Assembly (NCBI GenBank): GCA_002104905.1
Contig: MCFE01000076.1
Coordinates: 1 to 64,000, forward strand
DNA: 64,000 nt
Source of the DNA: Basidiobolus meristosporus CBS 931.73
Lineage: Eukaryota > Fungi > Basidiobolomycota
Direction of reading: 5' to 3'
The notes below the pieces were generated by a model. That model saw nothing but the letters and a program-made list of their open reading frames with translations. It did no database searches and was not told the DNA's origin. The position numbers were made by a program, and so were the translations under genes. This document shows positions 39,101 to 52,490 of this stretch, piece by piece. The first letter of the stretch is position 1. Each line of letters starts with the position of its first letter.

Positions 39101-41991
39101 ATTGACAAATCGGTTGATTTCCTCAAACGTATCCACGGGTGATGTAACGTTTCTCCTTAATATCCACCATGTAGTACCACTTCAAACCTTTGGGCTATCC
39201 TATTCCAATTGTTTTGCACATCCGCTAACCCCACTACCGACGTTCCATTTGGCTATGATTAGCTCTCTACCAAGAATCCCCTCCAAAAGAGACTGTGCTA
39301 GGTATCATTGTGCCAGATTGTCGCTTGCGAAACAATCCCCGGATCCATACAACCCAAAGATCACGAAGCGACACATCCTAAACCCTTCATGATGCCTACT
39401 CGGGGGTTTCATTCGTCCATAGATCATGCAATACCATTGATGAGCAGTTGGGATTTAATAAGTGCTAATAGATTGATCTCTTGGCCAATGGAAATCCCTT
39501 TGGATTTATTAACTCGAACGCGGTGATTATTAACCATCCCACTGAGTACCAAAGCCATCTTGGTCACAATCTAAGCCCCAGCATACTCTCTTCCAGGCGG
39601 TGATCCCGACCGAAGGCCGCCGAGGGTGTTCTACGAGGCATCGGGATGGGGTGCCCACGTCAACCGGCGATAATCGATTCTCTGGACTGGAGCTCTGGAG
39701 GCGACGTACGCATGGTCATCAGCGCCACTGGAACATAGTAAGCAACAAGGCTGGCAAGTCCATGGTCGGATGATGAATGCTTTGTGCTGTATTTTCCGGC
39801 AGGGGTCCTGAAGGGACTAGTAACGCTCAGATTCATTTATTCGTCACCTTCTGATGACGATATCCCTTCGTTCCCATCACAGACATCTCAGCCCGTTTCT
39901 CACCTGTTTGGTTGTTCAACGTAAATTCATCCGATACTCAATCACTCGCCCTCACTTGTCGCGCTTCATGACAAACCTACGGGATTCGGGACTGGAGCCG
40001 ACTACTGTTCATTCGAAGGCTCATCATACGCCGGTTATCATGGCTTTTGCCCAATCACTCGTAGGTTGAGCCCACCGTAACTGGTATGGGAGATGCAAAC
40101 TGGATATTTGAATCAAATCCACCGTTTCCAACATCATCAGGGATTCCGGACCACTCTGCTCGTTCCTGGGCAAATGGGTGTTAATAAGCTACATGAAATA
40201 GCGTTATCCCATGTTACCTTTGTCTCTGGCGAATTACGGGAAGCCTAAACTTGGGGGAAATCTTGTTTATTTTTAACCCGTTGCCTAGTTCAACTTTGTG
40301 AATGTAAACAATACATCATAGCGTGCACGATTGGCCATCCACTGTAGGACATTCATTAGACCAGATATAAGTTTATTGCAGCAAGAGTTTAGCCATCGTA
40401 ATCGGAATAACTAGCAGCATGGAGAAGCCAAGTGCAACTACACATGAAACGATCATAGTCCTTTGTCCATGGTTCCAGCATGTAGATGGTTCTCGAATGA
40501 AATTGGTACAATCACCGCTGATGCGATGGGACAGCTCGATTTGTGCGTTCTCCCAACCCACGCCTACTTTTTCTGGATGCTGTGACTCCTTTTGGTCGCA
40601 CGAAGTTGATTATTGTCCCAATCTCACAAGCCATGATGATCAAGCGGTTATGGGGTGGTGGGAATTCTTTTCGCATGCCTAAGGAAGCTCGAGTGACTTC
40701 TATGTACACGTATCCCATGATTCAATGTGGATCTTTATTAAGTCTTCGGAGCAGGCCACCTCCAAAGTTAATTACCCATAGTCGCTGTGGAATGGCACCA
40801 GGTAGAGGGCTCTGGGGTAACCGCGATCCCGGCGTGCCTTTCATTTTGGCAGGAAGGTGCTGGACGTCGCGGAGGGGCTGCACGCGATGGCAGATGCGCT
40901 GCTTTCGGCGTAGCCAACTAAGCCTTCAGCATCCACTATGCAGACGAAGGCTAGCTTGCAGCGACACACATGTAATAGTAGGATCCACTAGCCCACTCCG
41001 GCTCAGTGTATCCCTTTTCATATATTAGGTAGGTGATGGCATTTCAAACCGTTGGAAATCGACGAGCCAACCCACCTCGATCTCTCCATCATCGATTCAT
41101 GTGCGAAACAGTATGGCGCCCCGTTTAGAATAAGGATGGTCGCAAATATTAAGAGGTTAATAAGTGCGGCAGAGGAGCCATTGGTGCTGATTGAGTCAAT
41201 CTCTACATCAAAACCACCGGGTACATGTGCTTATTAAACCGCCCATGGGCGACTCTGATTGGCTCACCCTTATTTCCAACTCAGGCATCCACGAAGTTTG
41301 TATGACTGTTCTTCCGTTATCTGGCTAATATATTGAAATGAAGGGCTTTGGTGGAAGACCCCGTCACTCAACATCCGTGTATCAGCAGAGAAACCATTTG
41401 AAGGCGGCCGTGATGGATAAGCGGGGTCGAGCAACCATACTCGTGTAGCCTCTCTTACTCACCGACCATTAGGGTGGCTGGGGAGTGCAGCAACAGCTCC
41501 AGTGCTGATTATCGGTTGACAGGAATGTTGGGGCGCTAGGGACTTGAATGGGCCGCTGGGATGGACACGACATTTGGCCAACGGTGAATGACTAATTGGT
41601 CCATCGCCAACCACACATCCCAATGTTCCATATTAGTCTAATCTCAATCCTGGGTCCTACCGGATAGTCTCCATTTCATCAACCGATTCAGGCCCTCAGA
41701 CTCGCACTCAGAGAGGTTGAATCTACGATTGACGTAGCGATTTCGGCTATGTAGGGAGAGTTGGCTGCCTCATTGGATGTTGATACGCGTGATATTGTAC
41801 AATGCGAGGAAAGGTCTCTTGTTTCCCGAAAATCATGGATTGATCAGAAATATGAAACAGTACTTGGGAATCGGGTAGGCAGATAGGTTCTTGTTGAGAG
41901 CCCTTGAGTTGCCACCATATGGTTCCATTGAGCCCCAGCTATGTTGTGATCGTCAGTATCTCTTATATCTGGCCATCAGGTTTAGCTGTGC

Positions 41992-42065
41992 TCGCACTCA
42001 CACTCACACTCACACTCACACTCACCCCCACCCCCACCCTCACACTCGCGCCTACGCTTACGCTT
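41992..42065. repeat. Graded hexamer microsatellite: (CACACT)n, then CACCCC, then TACGCY
   Basis: ctcgcactcacactcacactcacactcacactcacccccacccccaccctcacactcgcgcctacgcttacgc read directly. Confidence 0.85.
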
Positions 42066-44174
42066 GTAGCCCATTCTCCACACCAATGTGGCTGCCAACC
42101 ATTGCATATACTCTAGATGGATCCTGAAGGGATTGCGATGGAGAGCCTTTCTGGTGCGCTCACTCCCCCAATTTACTTATGCGCTACCATTAATAATCAC
42201 GGGCGTTGATACCGCGTGATACACAAAAGCGGTGTAGCTCTCAGCGATTGGATTTCATCGAATGGCGGCCTTGGATACTGTGTCTAGACTGGACACTTCT
42301 CGGGTAGCTAACAGTCCCTGCCTACAGTCTCAGTAATGCAAAGCGGCGTCAGCTCGGGATGGGGAATTCTATGCACGCAATATCTACGCTTAGCGGTGAG
42401 GGTGGTTTCGCCTGAATTCGCTTGGGCCAAGTTGTTGGCGTAACTGATAGCCATGGCGCTTGGGAGGTTTATCCCTTGCTTTGGTCGGGGTTCAAGGGCA
42501 GGGTGTGGGTGTGGGTGTCCCACGGGAGTCTATTACACACGGCAATGATCTTGACATGTTACGAATTACTTCTACCATGGTGGCTCAACCACTGACCACT
42601 TGGCACATCAATGGATACCGAGAAACTTTACTGCATTTGGCAGCCTTACTTATTCAAACGGTGTCCGGTTGCGAAAATGGGTGTTGCGCCGAGGGCTCTT
42701 GGCATCGTAATTCGCTGTACCCTCCATCGACGAAATTTTCACACACCCCAAACGATGCATACCACCCGTTTTGTAAACATTGTGGTAGCTTGATGTCCAC
42801 CCACTTTCCTTATTCCCCAAATCCAAGCAGTGCGGCGATCACAGCATGTACATGGCCCGTTTTCGAGGGCCGGACGAATGGCAAGCCTCGATGGGTGTGA
42901 TTCCTTGTGAAGGGTTATCATCCTACATGGGCATGGGAATTACTGGGATGGATACCTCGCCCAGCTCTCCATCGGATGAATTGCAGTTTTCCTAACCCGC
43001 GTATCTCGGTTCTATACTCCTAGGCTAGTTGGTTAGCCAAACCTATTTTGCACCATACTTTGCTGATGGTTTATCACTGTGGAGGCAGGCCCAACTAGGG
43101 CATGCTCCGTGTCACTCAGAATCCCCCCCAATTTTCACACTGCGTACAGCCAGCTGTGATGAACCATCCGCCATTCGATCAAGGCCATCTGGTAGCAGCT
43201 ACGGTGCAAATGGATGGTTTGGTACCTGGTTATCCTATCTTCATTTATCTGTGACAACTGCCTTGGCAGTTTGGCATTCGAGTTGGTGCAGTGTGGGTCC
43301 TGTCTTACTCATAGTCTTCTTGGCTTTATCATAGGGTACGCACACAATTGCCTGGAGAGCTACTTTCATTGACAACTATCTTGTGCATAGCTATTTTTAA
43401 CTCTTTGATAGATGTCTTCCTGAAAGATGTTTAATATGATCTCATAATATTATAACATTTTTTCAAGTACACTTTACCAATTTTGTGTCTTATTCATGTA
43501 GCCCACTTTCTGGCCAAACTATTCATCTCATTAGTTGCAAGTTTGAGCTCCTCCACTGCTCAAAGATAAGATGTTGGAGCAGGTATCACAACTACTGGCC
43601 ATAGTGCCTCCTTGGGAAATATTATGGGCATACTTACAAGTCCATTTCAAATGTAGCACTCCAGCATATATTGTGATGGACTTGCTCAGCATTTAGCAAA
43701 ATCTCATATTTTAGTAGAGCTCATAGACTCTGGGGACCTCCCAGCATAAGAAACTTCTTGTTACCTAACAAAGTCAGATGATAATCAACATATAAGGTAT
43801 AGATTGAAGAAGCTTGCCAGATATGGGCTGTTTTGATGTTTTTGTACTCTTGCTACCAAGTGTGATACCTGAGATATAGTCAAAGGAGAGAGAGCTCAGA
43901 TGGATTTGCTTCTTCAATAGAGCCACAAAGAAATATATCCCATTATATAAACCATTCCACTATTAATTATTAGGGTAGCCATCATCACTACTAAGTTGCA
44001 TAGTAAAGCTTAACTAGCCCTACAGCATCACAATATTTGAAACACACCTCTGGCTATATACATGGAATTGAAATCACTTCATTGGTCACAGTACTTACAA
44101 TTTGCATTGTCCTTAAGATACAGAATACTGTGTGCAACAAAACAACTGGTTGATGTAACAAAGCCAGATTCAAA

Positions 44175-44685
44175 AAAGCCACTTTTGTATTGTTGTGATG
44201 AAATACTTTGACTAAGTTTTTTGTGAAATCTGGGGTGCAATTATTTTTTGACAGTCTTTGCATGGTGTCCTGATGGGATCAGTACCTCTTAGCCATGGGA
44301 CTTAGAATCTGTGGCAGCCTTTTGATGGGATCATCACAATAATTTCTCATAGGGATAAATCAATATGTATGCATGAAAAGTAAGAGAAACAGCTGAGTCA
44401 AGAAGTAAGGAGTGTGAAAAAGAGGCAATAGCCAATCAATGCACACAAATGTAGGAGGTGATAGAGGGTCTGTAGTCCAAAAGCAAGAAAACTGGCAGAA
44501 AACCAATCAAAAGCCACTTTTGTATTGTTGTAATGGAAAATTTTGACTGTCTTTTGTAATGTATGGGGCACAATTATTTTTTGACAGTCTTTGCATGGTG
44601 TCCTGATGGGATTCATACCTCTTAGTCACAGGACTTAGAATCTGTGATGGCCTTTTGATGGGATCACACATTAATTTTTCATAGG
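44175..44685. repeat. Imperfect direct repeat of about 178 bp (44175-44353 and 44510-44685)
   Basis: Both copies start AAAGCCACTTTTGTATTGTTG, share CAATTATTTTTTGACAGTCTTTGCATGGTGTCCTGATGGGAT and end CATAGG. Confidence 0.85.
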
Positions 44686-45173
44686 AGTACTCAAATGAAA
44701 ATGATAAGATTGATGGGTTTCTTGAAAATACAAGTCTTGGATTGTTACTCAAACATATGAAACAAGGCAATTATCAGTAAATCCTGAAATTTCTTACATC
44801 ACTCAAGGTTCTTGCCAATATTCCTGCAAATCAGAACACAAATTTTAAAAAGAAGCCTTTGAGGTTTATACTGCATGACAGCATACTTTTCAAACAATGC
44901 AAATATGGTGTTCCTTGACAGTATATACATAAGAAGCATGATCAAGAGAAGACCATTCAAGAAATGTATGAATCTGAATCAGGAGGTCATAAGAGAATCA
45001 CATAAACATATGCAAGAATTGCCTTATGGTATTTTTGGCCAACACTATACACCAGCACAAAAGAATATGTGAAGTCAAGCATTCTATGTCAAAGACAAGA
45101 CAGCCAAAAGAGACATGACCCACTCACAGTATGCATTTTTCTTATGCTTCGCAAATTGCAAACATAGATATTA

Positions 45174-45905
45174 GACTTGTTCCGTTGGATAGTGCCACAT
45201 TGAGCCATGAGTGCCAAATAGTGCCATAGTGTGCCTGAGAGTCATAGCAGACCTAAACTTGGCCACAGAGTGTGGCATATAGTTCTTCATATTCATGCAA
45301 AGCAGCCCCTGTGTTTCACCTATAGTGCAGGAGAAAATCAATTTTTTAACCTTTTTTTTGGGATCAAATTTGTGCATGACATAAAAGAGCAAAGACAGAC
45401 TGAAGATATGCATCTGGTACACAATACCCATGGCACTCTAAATCTAGCCCCACAGGCTTGTAGCATGTCACAAAAATGCATGGCACTATCTTGGTCCACT
45501 GGTACTATCTGGCACTATAAGTGCTTTGTATAGGTTCTACTTTAGGGCTAATATTTAAATATAGTGCCAGATAGTACCAGTGGACCAAGATAGTGCCATG
45601 CATTTTTGTGACATGCTACAAGCCTGTGGGGCTAGATTTAGAGTGCCATGGGTATTGTGTACCAGATGCATATCTTCAGTCTGTCTTTGCTCTTTTATGT
45701 CATGCACAAATTTGATCCCAAAAAAAAGGTTAAAAAATTGATTTTCTCCTGCACTATAGGTGAAACACAGGGGCTGCTTTGCATGAATATGAAGAACTAT
45801 ATGCCACACTCTGTGGCCAAGTTTAGGTCTGCTATGACTCTCAGGCACACTATGGCACTATTTGGCACTCATGGCTCAATGTGGCACTATCCAATGGAAC
45901 AAGTC
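45174..45905. mobile_element. Fold-back (palindromic) non-autonomous DNA element, 732 bp
   Basis: 346-bp arms at 45174-45519 and 45560-45905 are reverse complements, with one mismatch seen and a 40-bp spacer. Flanked by duplicated TATTA (or ATT). Confidence 0.93.
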
Positions 45906-46199
45906 TATTATATATTTACCAAGGGCAGCTTCAGGGTATCAGTTTATAATGGACTGTTGTGATAACTTTGTTGGCTGGATAGAGGCTAGAATGCTGAAAC
46001 AAGCCAATGCCAAAGCAGTAGCAAGATTTTTTAACAAAGGTGTCTTACACAGATATAGTTTAGATGGTTCCCTTGTTGAAGACAATGAAGAAAGCGGATC
46101 ATATGAAACACATGTACTGGCAGTAAAGTATAGAACCAAGCATATCTATACAAAAATGTATTACCCACAAGGAAATTCACTGGCTGAACATGGACATTG

Positions 46200-49100
46200 T
46201 GTTGTAAAAATTTATAATTCCACCTAAATTTTCATCTAAGTTGCAACAGTAACCCTCCTGAATAGCCTGAATGACACGTTTCAGGGTCTTGCATCAGCCC
46301 TAGAGTCCAGAACTAAGGATTCGACCTTATATTATATATGTGGAAGGCTCCTGGATGAAGAATTAAGAAAATCAAGTGCCAATAAGAAGGAAGAAGAAAA
46401 TGCCTTAATAAGTAGTGAAAATCAGCAAAGGAGATACCCAAGACCTTTCAAAGGTAATAGCAACCTGTTTTGTAGCTACTGCAAAAGGAAAGGACACACA
46501 TCAGACTAGTGCTTGAAAAAGAAAGATAGTCAGCAGAGAAAGTCTGAATATGGAAATTCTGCAACAACTGAAGATAGACTATTCATATCTGCACTAAATA
46601 TGATCACAAACAAGGATTCTCAGATGTGGTATATTGACTCTGGAGCATCTCACCACTTTACACACCAAAAAGAACTTTTTACCCAATATCACAAAATTCC
46701 AATTAAGAAGGTTATCATGGGTGGCAATAGAACACTTGATGCAGTGGGAGAAGGAGCTATCCAAGTCAACCTTAGAAGCAGTAAAGGAAGCCATACACTG
46801 ACTTTCAAAGAAGTACTCTATGTACCAGAAATAGCCAAGAACCTATTATCTGTAAACAGGGCCACAACAGAAGGACTCAGTTTCAGCTTTGACAATTCTG
46901 GATGCAAGATCACTGATCAAAATGGTGCTCATAATTCTTTGAGTATCAGGGATCAGAATCTGTATTAGGTAAGTTATATTCCATCATATCTGTATGCCAA
47001 TCAAAGTAACTTAAGTGAAAAAATACCAATGCTTTGGCACAGGAGATTTGGGCACTTCAATTTTGATTATTTGTGCAAAATGATCAAAGATCAGCTAATT
47101 TCAGGAGTAAGAACTGATCCCCCTGCTAATTTGGAGCACTGTGAAGCTTGCATATATAGGAAGCAAGCCAGACAATCATTCAAGTATGCTGGGCTAATCA
47201 AAACTAAAAAAAATAGATCTAATGTACTCAGATGTGTGAGGACCTATGCAAAAATTATCCTTAGGCAGGATGAAGAATTTAAGCACATTTATTGATGATT
47301 ATACAAGATACAGGTGGGTCTACTTCATGGAGAGAAAGGAAGAGCTCTACCTAAGCTCAGGGAGTTTGAAGCCATGGTGGAGAGAGAAACTGGTGAAAAA
47401 ATCAAGAAAATAGGCTCTGATAATGGTGGAGAATATACCTCAAAACTCTTCATCCACTTCTGCAAAGTTCATGGGATAAAGCAAGAGACCACTGTACTAC
47501 ACTCCCCACAGAAAAATAGGGTAGCAGAATGTGCACACAGATTAATAATTGATATGGCACAATCTATGATCTATGATCAAAAATTATCCTATAGTTTTTT
47601 GGCATAATTGGTTGCCCCCTCTGTATACCTTAAAAATAGGAGCTATAACAAAATACTCTGCAGTTCTACTCTATTTAAAGCATGGTATGGAATTAGGCCA
47701 AGTGCAGAACATATAAGAATACTTGGGTGTACAGCATATGCCAAGAAACTGCCCTGAAATTAGTCAAAATTTAAGCCAAAAAGTGTAAATGCCAATTTCT
47801 AGGCTGCTGCAATGGAAGTAAAGCATACAGACTGTACAATACCAAAGCAAAGAAGCTACCAGGTCTAGGGATGTGCTATTTGATGAGAATTCAAAATTTT
47901 CACAAGAAATGACATCAGATGATGACAAAAATCGGATCTCAGGTCCACCAATTGTCAGGATTAAAGCATAGTAAAGCAATGGAAGCTTTTTCACTCCAGA
48001 AGACTCTAAAACTATTGTATAGCCTGAATCAGTGCCCAGCAATATCCCAGAAGTGATCATTCCAGTATCAAATGCCCGGAGATCCAACTGGACAAGAAAC
48101 AGCCCAAATTACTATATTAATGAGGGTAAAAACATGACCTATGCCTATTCAGTCCATATTGATAAACCCCAGACTGTAAAAGAGGCCCTAAATAGCCCTC
48201 ATACAAAGTTTTGGAGATCTGCAATGACTGAGGAATATCAGGCCTTGATGGAATATCAAACTTGGGATATAGTCAAGTTACCTAGCAGCCAAAATTCAAT
48301 TGGATGCAGATGGGTCTTTAAGACAAAGTATAAGGCTGATTGTACAATTAAAAGATACAAAGCAAGGCTTGTGGCCAAAGGATACTCCCAAACAACTGGA
48401 CTTGGCTATATTGTGACCTTTGCACCAATGGCCAAGTTTAATTCCATCAGATTAATATTGGCTATTGCAGCCAAATATAAGTTTTTTAGTTGTCAAATGG
48501 ATGTAAAAACTGCATTTTTGAACAGAGAACTTGATTAGAACATAAATATAGACCAGCCAGAAGGGTTTGCTGACCAAGATAATCCCCATTTGGTGTGCAA
48601 GCTTAAAATGTCTCTATAAGGACTCTAGCAATCACCAGGAGCCTGGAATTGCAAAATAGATTCTTTTTTGGAATCTTTGAGCTTTAAAAGAAGTAATGCT
48701 GACTATAGTATATACTAAAAGCCAGATAGAGCAAATCCAGTTCTATTAAATCTACATGTGGATGCTCTCATTATAGGCGCCAATAACCTAGCAACATTGG
48801 AAGAGACTAAATCCAGCCTATCTAAAGCGTTCAAGATATCAAATCTAGGAGAACTCAGTTACTACTTAAGGATAAGGTTCTCCATAGACAGAAGTACCCA
48901 TACTATCACCCAAAGCCAATCCAAGTATATTCAAGACTTACTAAAGAAGTATCAAATGGAAGACTGTAAACTGGCTGCTACACCAATGGGGAAAACCTTA
49001 ACTTGGTCAAAACTCAACCAAATTAAGAGAGCTTAGTGCCATTTGAAAGCCCTCACTTTCCTCATCAGTCTATGGCTGGCAGTATGATGCATATTTTGCT

Positions 49101-50091
49101 TGGAACACCTCAATATATCTCATATTCCATGGGAGTTGTCAGCCAGCAAAATCAGAATAATGGATCTGATCATATTGCAGCAGCTGAGTAGATTTTTAGA
49201 TATCTGAAAGGAACTGCTGATATCTGCTTAAGATACACTTATAAGGATTCAGAGCACAATCTTGTGGATACTCTGATGCTGATTGGGGACAAAAGTTGGA
49301 AGACAGAAGATCCACCACAGGATACATCTCTCTTTACTCTCAAGGAGCAATTTCATGGAATTCAAGAAAGCAACCAACTGTAGCACTTTCCACCACAGAG
49401 GCAGAGTATATGGCAGCCTGTTAAACTACAACAGAAGCAATGTGGTTAAGAAAGCTTTTAACAGATTAGGCCTATGTCCAAATATGCCAAATCCTTTATT
49501 TCTAGACAATCAAGGATGCATATGATTAGGTAGAAGTCCTACTTTTCATACTAGAACTAAGCACATAGATACTAGACATAATTTCATATGTGAAGCTATA
49601 GGGAGTAGCTTAGTTGGCTAGGTTTACTGTCCTTAAGACAAAATAATTGCGGACATATTCACCAATCCATTAGTAGAGACAAGTTTGAGTATTGTAGGTC
49701 AGAATTAGGACCAGTCAGTATGAACATTTAGCTGAGTGAGAGTGTTGTAAAAACTTGTAATTCTACCTAAATATTCACCTAACTTTGACACATCAATCAT
49801 CATCTTCAAATCCTAGGGAATACTGACCAAATTCCTTGTTAGGATTTACTTAGAATATTTTCACCAAAATACCAGGTACCCAGAACATGAAAATTCTTGA
49901 AGTTATTGAGACAGCCCCAAGCCTTGCAAATGTGCTCTTGGGACCTTCCTTAATCTGCTCTACGTGTTTGTTATGCCAAGACCATGTAAAAGTATAGATA
50001 TTACTTTTACATTCAATATATCATTTAGTGAAAACCACAAAATCTACTTGTTCTGCTTATCACTTCCAATATCTCCAAGACTCTTACAACA
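46200..50091 (+). mobile_element. Degenerate copia copy 3 with a deletion from the 5' LTR into gag
   Basis: About 45 bp of LTR start at 46200 is joined to mid-gag. Many stops and frameshifts. PPT GCTGAGTGAGAG, 3' LTR 49743-50091, flanks CATTG/CATTC. Confidence 0.93.
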
Positions 50092-51299
50092 CATTCTGCT
50101 TTTGCAAACACACTAGCAAAGCCTGGCTATGAGCAGCCAACAAGTGGGCAAATAACTTTCATGCAGCAATTTAGGCTGATAGAGTTACTGTCAAAAGTAG
50201 TATAGGGTATGCTCCATTTTTTCTGATATATGGACATGAAGCTCTTTTACTAATAGACATGCCTTTTGAAATATGGCTTACCTTACCATGGAAGCCAACT
50301 GTGACAACATCAGAGCTACTGCTAGCAGGAATACAACAGATGTATCAAGCATGCACTCTGCCAAAGAATGCAACAGAAAACCTGAAAATTCCAGAATGGC
50401 TTGCAAGGAGTTCATTGATGATCAAAAATGCCTAAGATAAACTTCCCTAGAAGTAGGTGAGTTGATACTACTTCACAACACCAAGAGCCAATGAAACAAG
50501 ACATCCAACTGGATATGCAATGGCAAGGTCCCTATAAGATCAGATACGCAAACAAAAATAGATTTAATAAATTAGCACAACTTGATGGTACAGCACCTTC
50601 ATATACACAACCTGGTAACAGATTAAAGAAGTTCCATGTCACAAGTAGTTATGAGGGTATCATTTCTCAAAGCTAGGGGAGACTTGTGGTAATGCAAAAT
50701 ATTCCATTACTACAATATCTCAAAAGCAATATTGCACTTGTTTTGTTATTTTGCCTTTTGCTATTGTAACACACAAATGGAAGATGAAGATTTCCAACTT
50801 TGAAGAACACAAACCTGTGACTGACATGTAATTCCCCAGAGAATACTTTGTTATGGGGGACACTCTGAGTCCCCTCTAAGAAAGCCCTTTACTCTAAAAA
50901 CACCCCTTCAGTCTGAAGGCCACTTTAGAGACCCCTTTAAGAGACTTCTTTACTCTACAGAACCCCCTCTCCCTGTGAAAAATAACTTGGTCCTGTGGGT
51001 GGATCCAATTTGGATCAGCCATCAGGACCCTGCTCAGAGACCATGGCAATACCAGCAGCTTAGAATTAGTCACCCTCTTAAAAATCTTATGACAGGATCA
51101 TCACAGCATGGTGCTAATTTTAGTGCCAAATAAAGTTATAAAACTTGTTGGGGTTTGATTGGTGCTCTGACAATGATTGTATGGCATTTTTGTGGTCTTC
51201 ATGTGCTCAGTAACTATTTTAAATGAATCTAACCAGCCAGGACATCCAATTGCCTTATATGGCAAAAATCATGCTGGTATTTCAGTGGCTTCACAGCAA

Positions 51300-52460
51300 G
51301 ACTCTGATGGCATTGTAATGGCAGTATGGTGGCCTACAGCTAGTTCTATATAAAGCTACCATACCAATTTACCTAATGGTATTTCATTTTTCCACATCCC
51401 CTTGTGCAGTTCATATATTCCACTGTAGAATCACCCCTCTTTATTTGCTTACCCACTATTACCTTGGGTATTCCACATATAGTTCTAATAAAAAAAACTA
51501 TGGCCTCCTACTTGCAAACCTCTACAAATGCACACACCTGCAGCAATCAACATACTTCTATCACCTCAACTTTATGGCTTTTTTGCCTGATACTTGCAAA
51601 TTTGCAATATACCTTGTACTGCTGGTAATATATACATCCTGCAAACATATGCTTAGTTGTTGCCACTTCTGCCATGAATACTTCCTGAATATCTGCAAAG
51701 AACTTCTTGGTACTTGGCCAATATACTCCTTCTCCCTGCTGGATTCTAGTCCTCCTTATAGGTGCACACTGGCTCTTAATTGTGTGAATTCTGTATTGCA
51801 TGGTGTAGAAGTTGGCTTGTGACCATGAGAAATCCTGCATACCTAGGTAGGGCTTTTCTAACAAAAGTTATTTGCTTGTTGCACCTAACCCAACTTTGCA
51901 TTACTTAACTGATTACCCACACATTGGGGCTGCTTAGCTTCTTAATGCCATAGGCATAGGTGTCACCATGTGCACATCTGTCCTCTGTATTTTCCAACTC
52001 TTCCTGGCCATCCCCCATGTGCAAACTCATTATATACATGGCAGACTTGAAGGCAATATTTTTGATGAGACTGGGATATGGTAGTACCTGCAACTTGACT
52101 TGTCTTCCTAACTCCCCACACATCTGCTCCATAAAAAACTCCTAAAAGGTAAAGTAAGGCCCAATATTCTTCACACACCATGCAAGATGGAGTGGAGAAT
52201 GGATACAGTAGCAGCAAAGATATATGCATCCAGCTTTATATCTGCAGTATAGCCATTCAAATCCTGTTACAAACTCCTTGCACAACAGCTGTAGATATAT
52301 TAAGTTAGCACTGGTGATTGGCTTCTGTATCAATATTCCTACAAGGTCCTCATATGACACCCAATGCTTCCAATGTACTCCTAGTAGGAATTGCTTCAGA
52401 ACATCACTTGAATAAGTACATATCCAGCTCATCCAGTCTTTGCATTTGTATTGTTGCATA
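51300..52460 (-). pseudogene. CACTA/EnSpm-like transposase C-terminal relic
   Basis: KCKDWMSWICTYS..VL...L...HW...V...CKEFVTGFEWLY...HSPLHLAWCVKNIGPY...FMEQMCGELG matches the fungal CACTA pattern (H.L.HL...GP...F.ME...G.L). Broken by stops; left boundary approximate. Confidence 0.7.
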
Positions 52461-52490
52461 TGAATAAGAATATTGATTGGAGCCTGAGAG

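Larger units (their letters stand above)
44800..50690 (+). mobile_element. Old Ty3/gypsy integrase relic, split by a fold-back element and copia copy 3; possible RNase H remnants back to about 43.5 kb
   Basis: Zinc-binding GGHKRIT.TYARIALWYFWP...CQ; core IDIIYLPRA...DNFVGWIEA...YYPQGNSLAEHGH; C-terminal IGYAPFFLIYG and WQGPYKI...LAQLDG...GNRLKKFH; PPT AGGGGGAGAC near 50675. Confidence 0.85.

Noticed and set aside
45171-45962. Two pairs of identical ORFs of about 100 aa on opposite strands
   Set aside because: A trivial result of the palindrome; no motifs and no proper starts.
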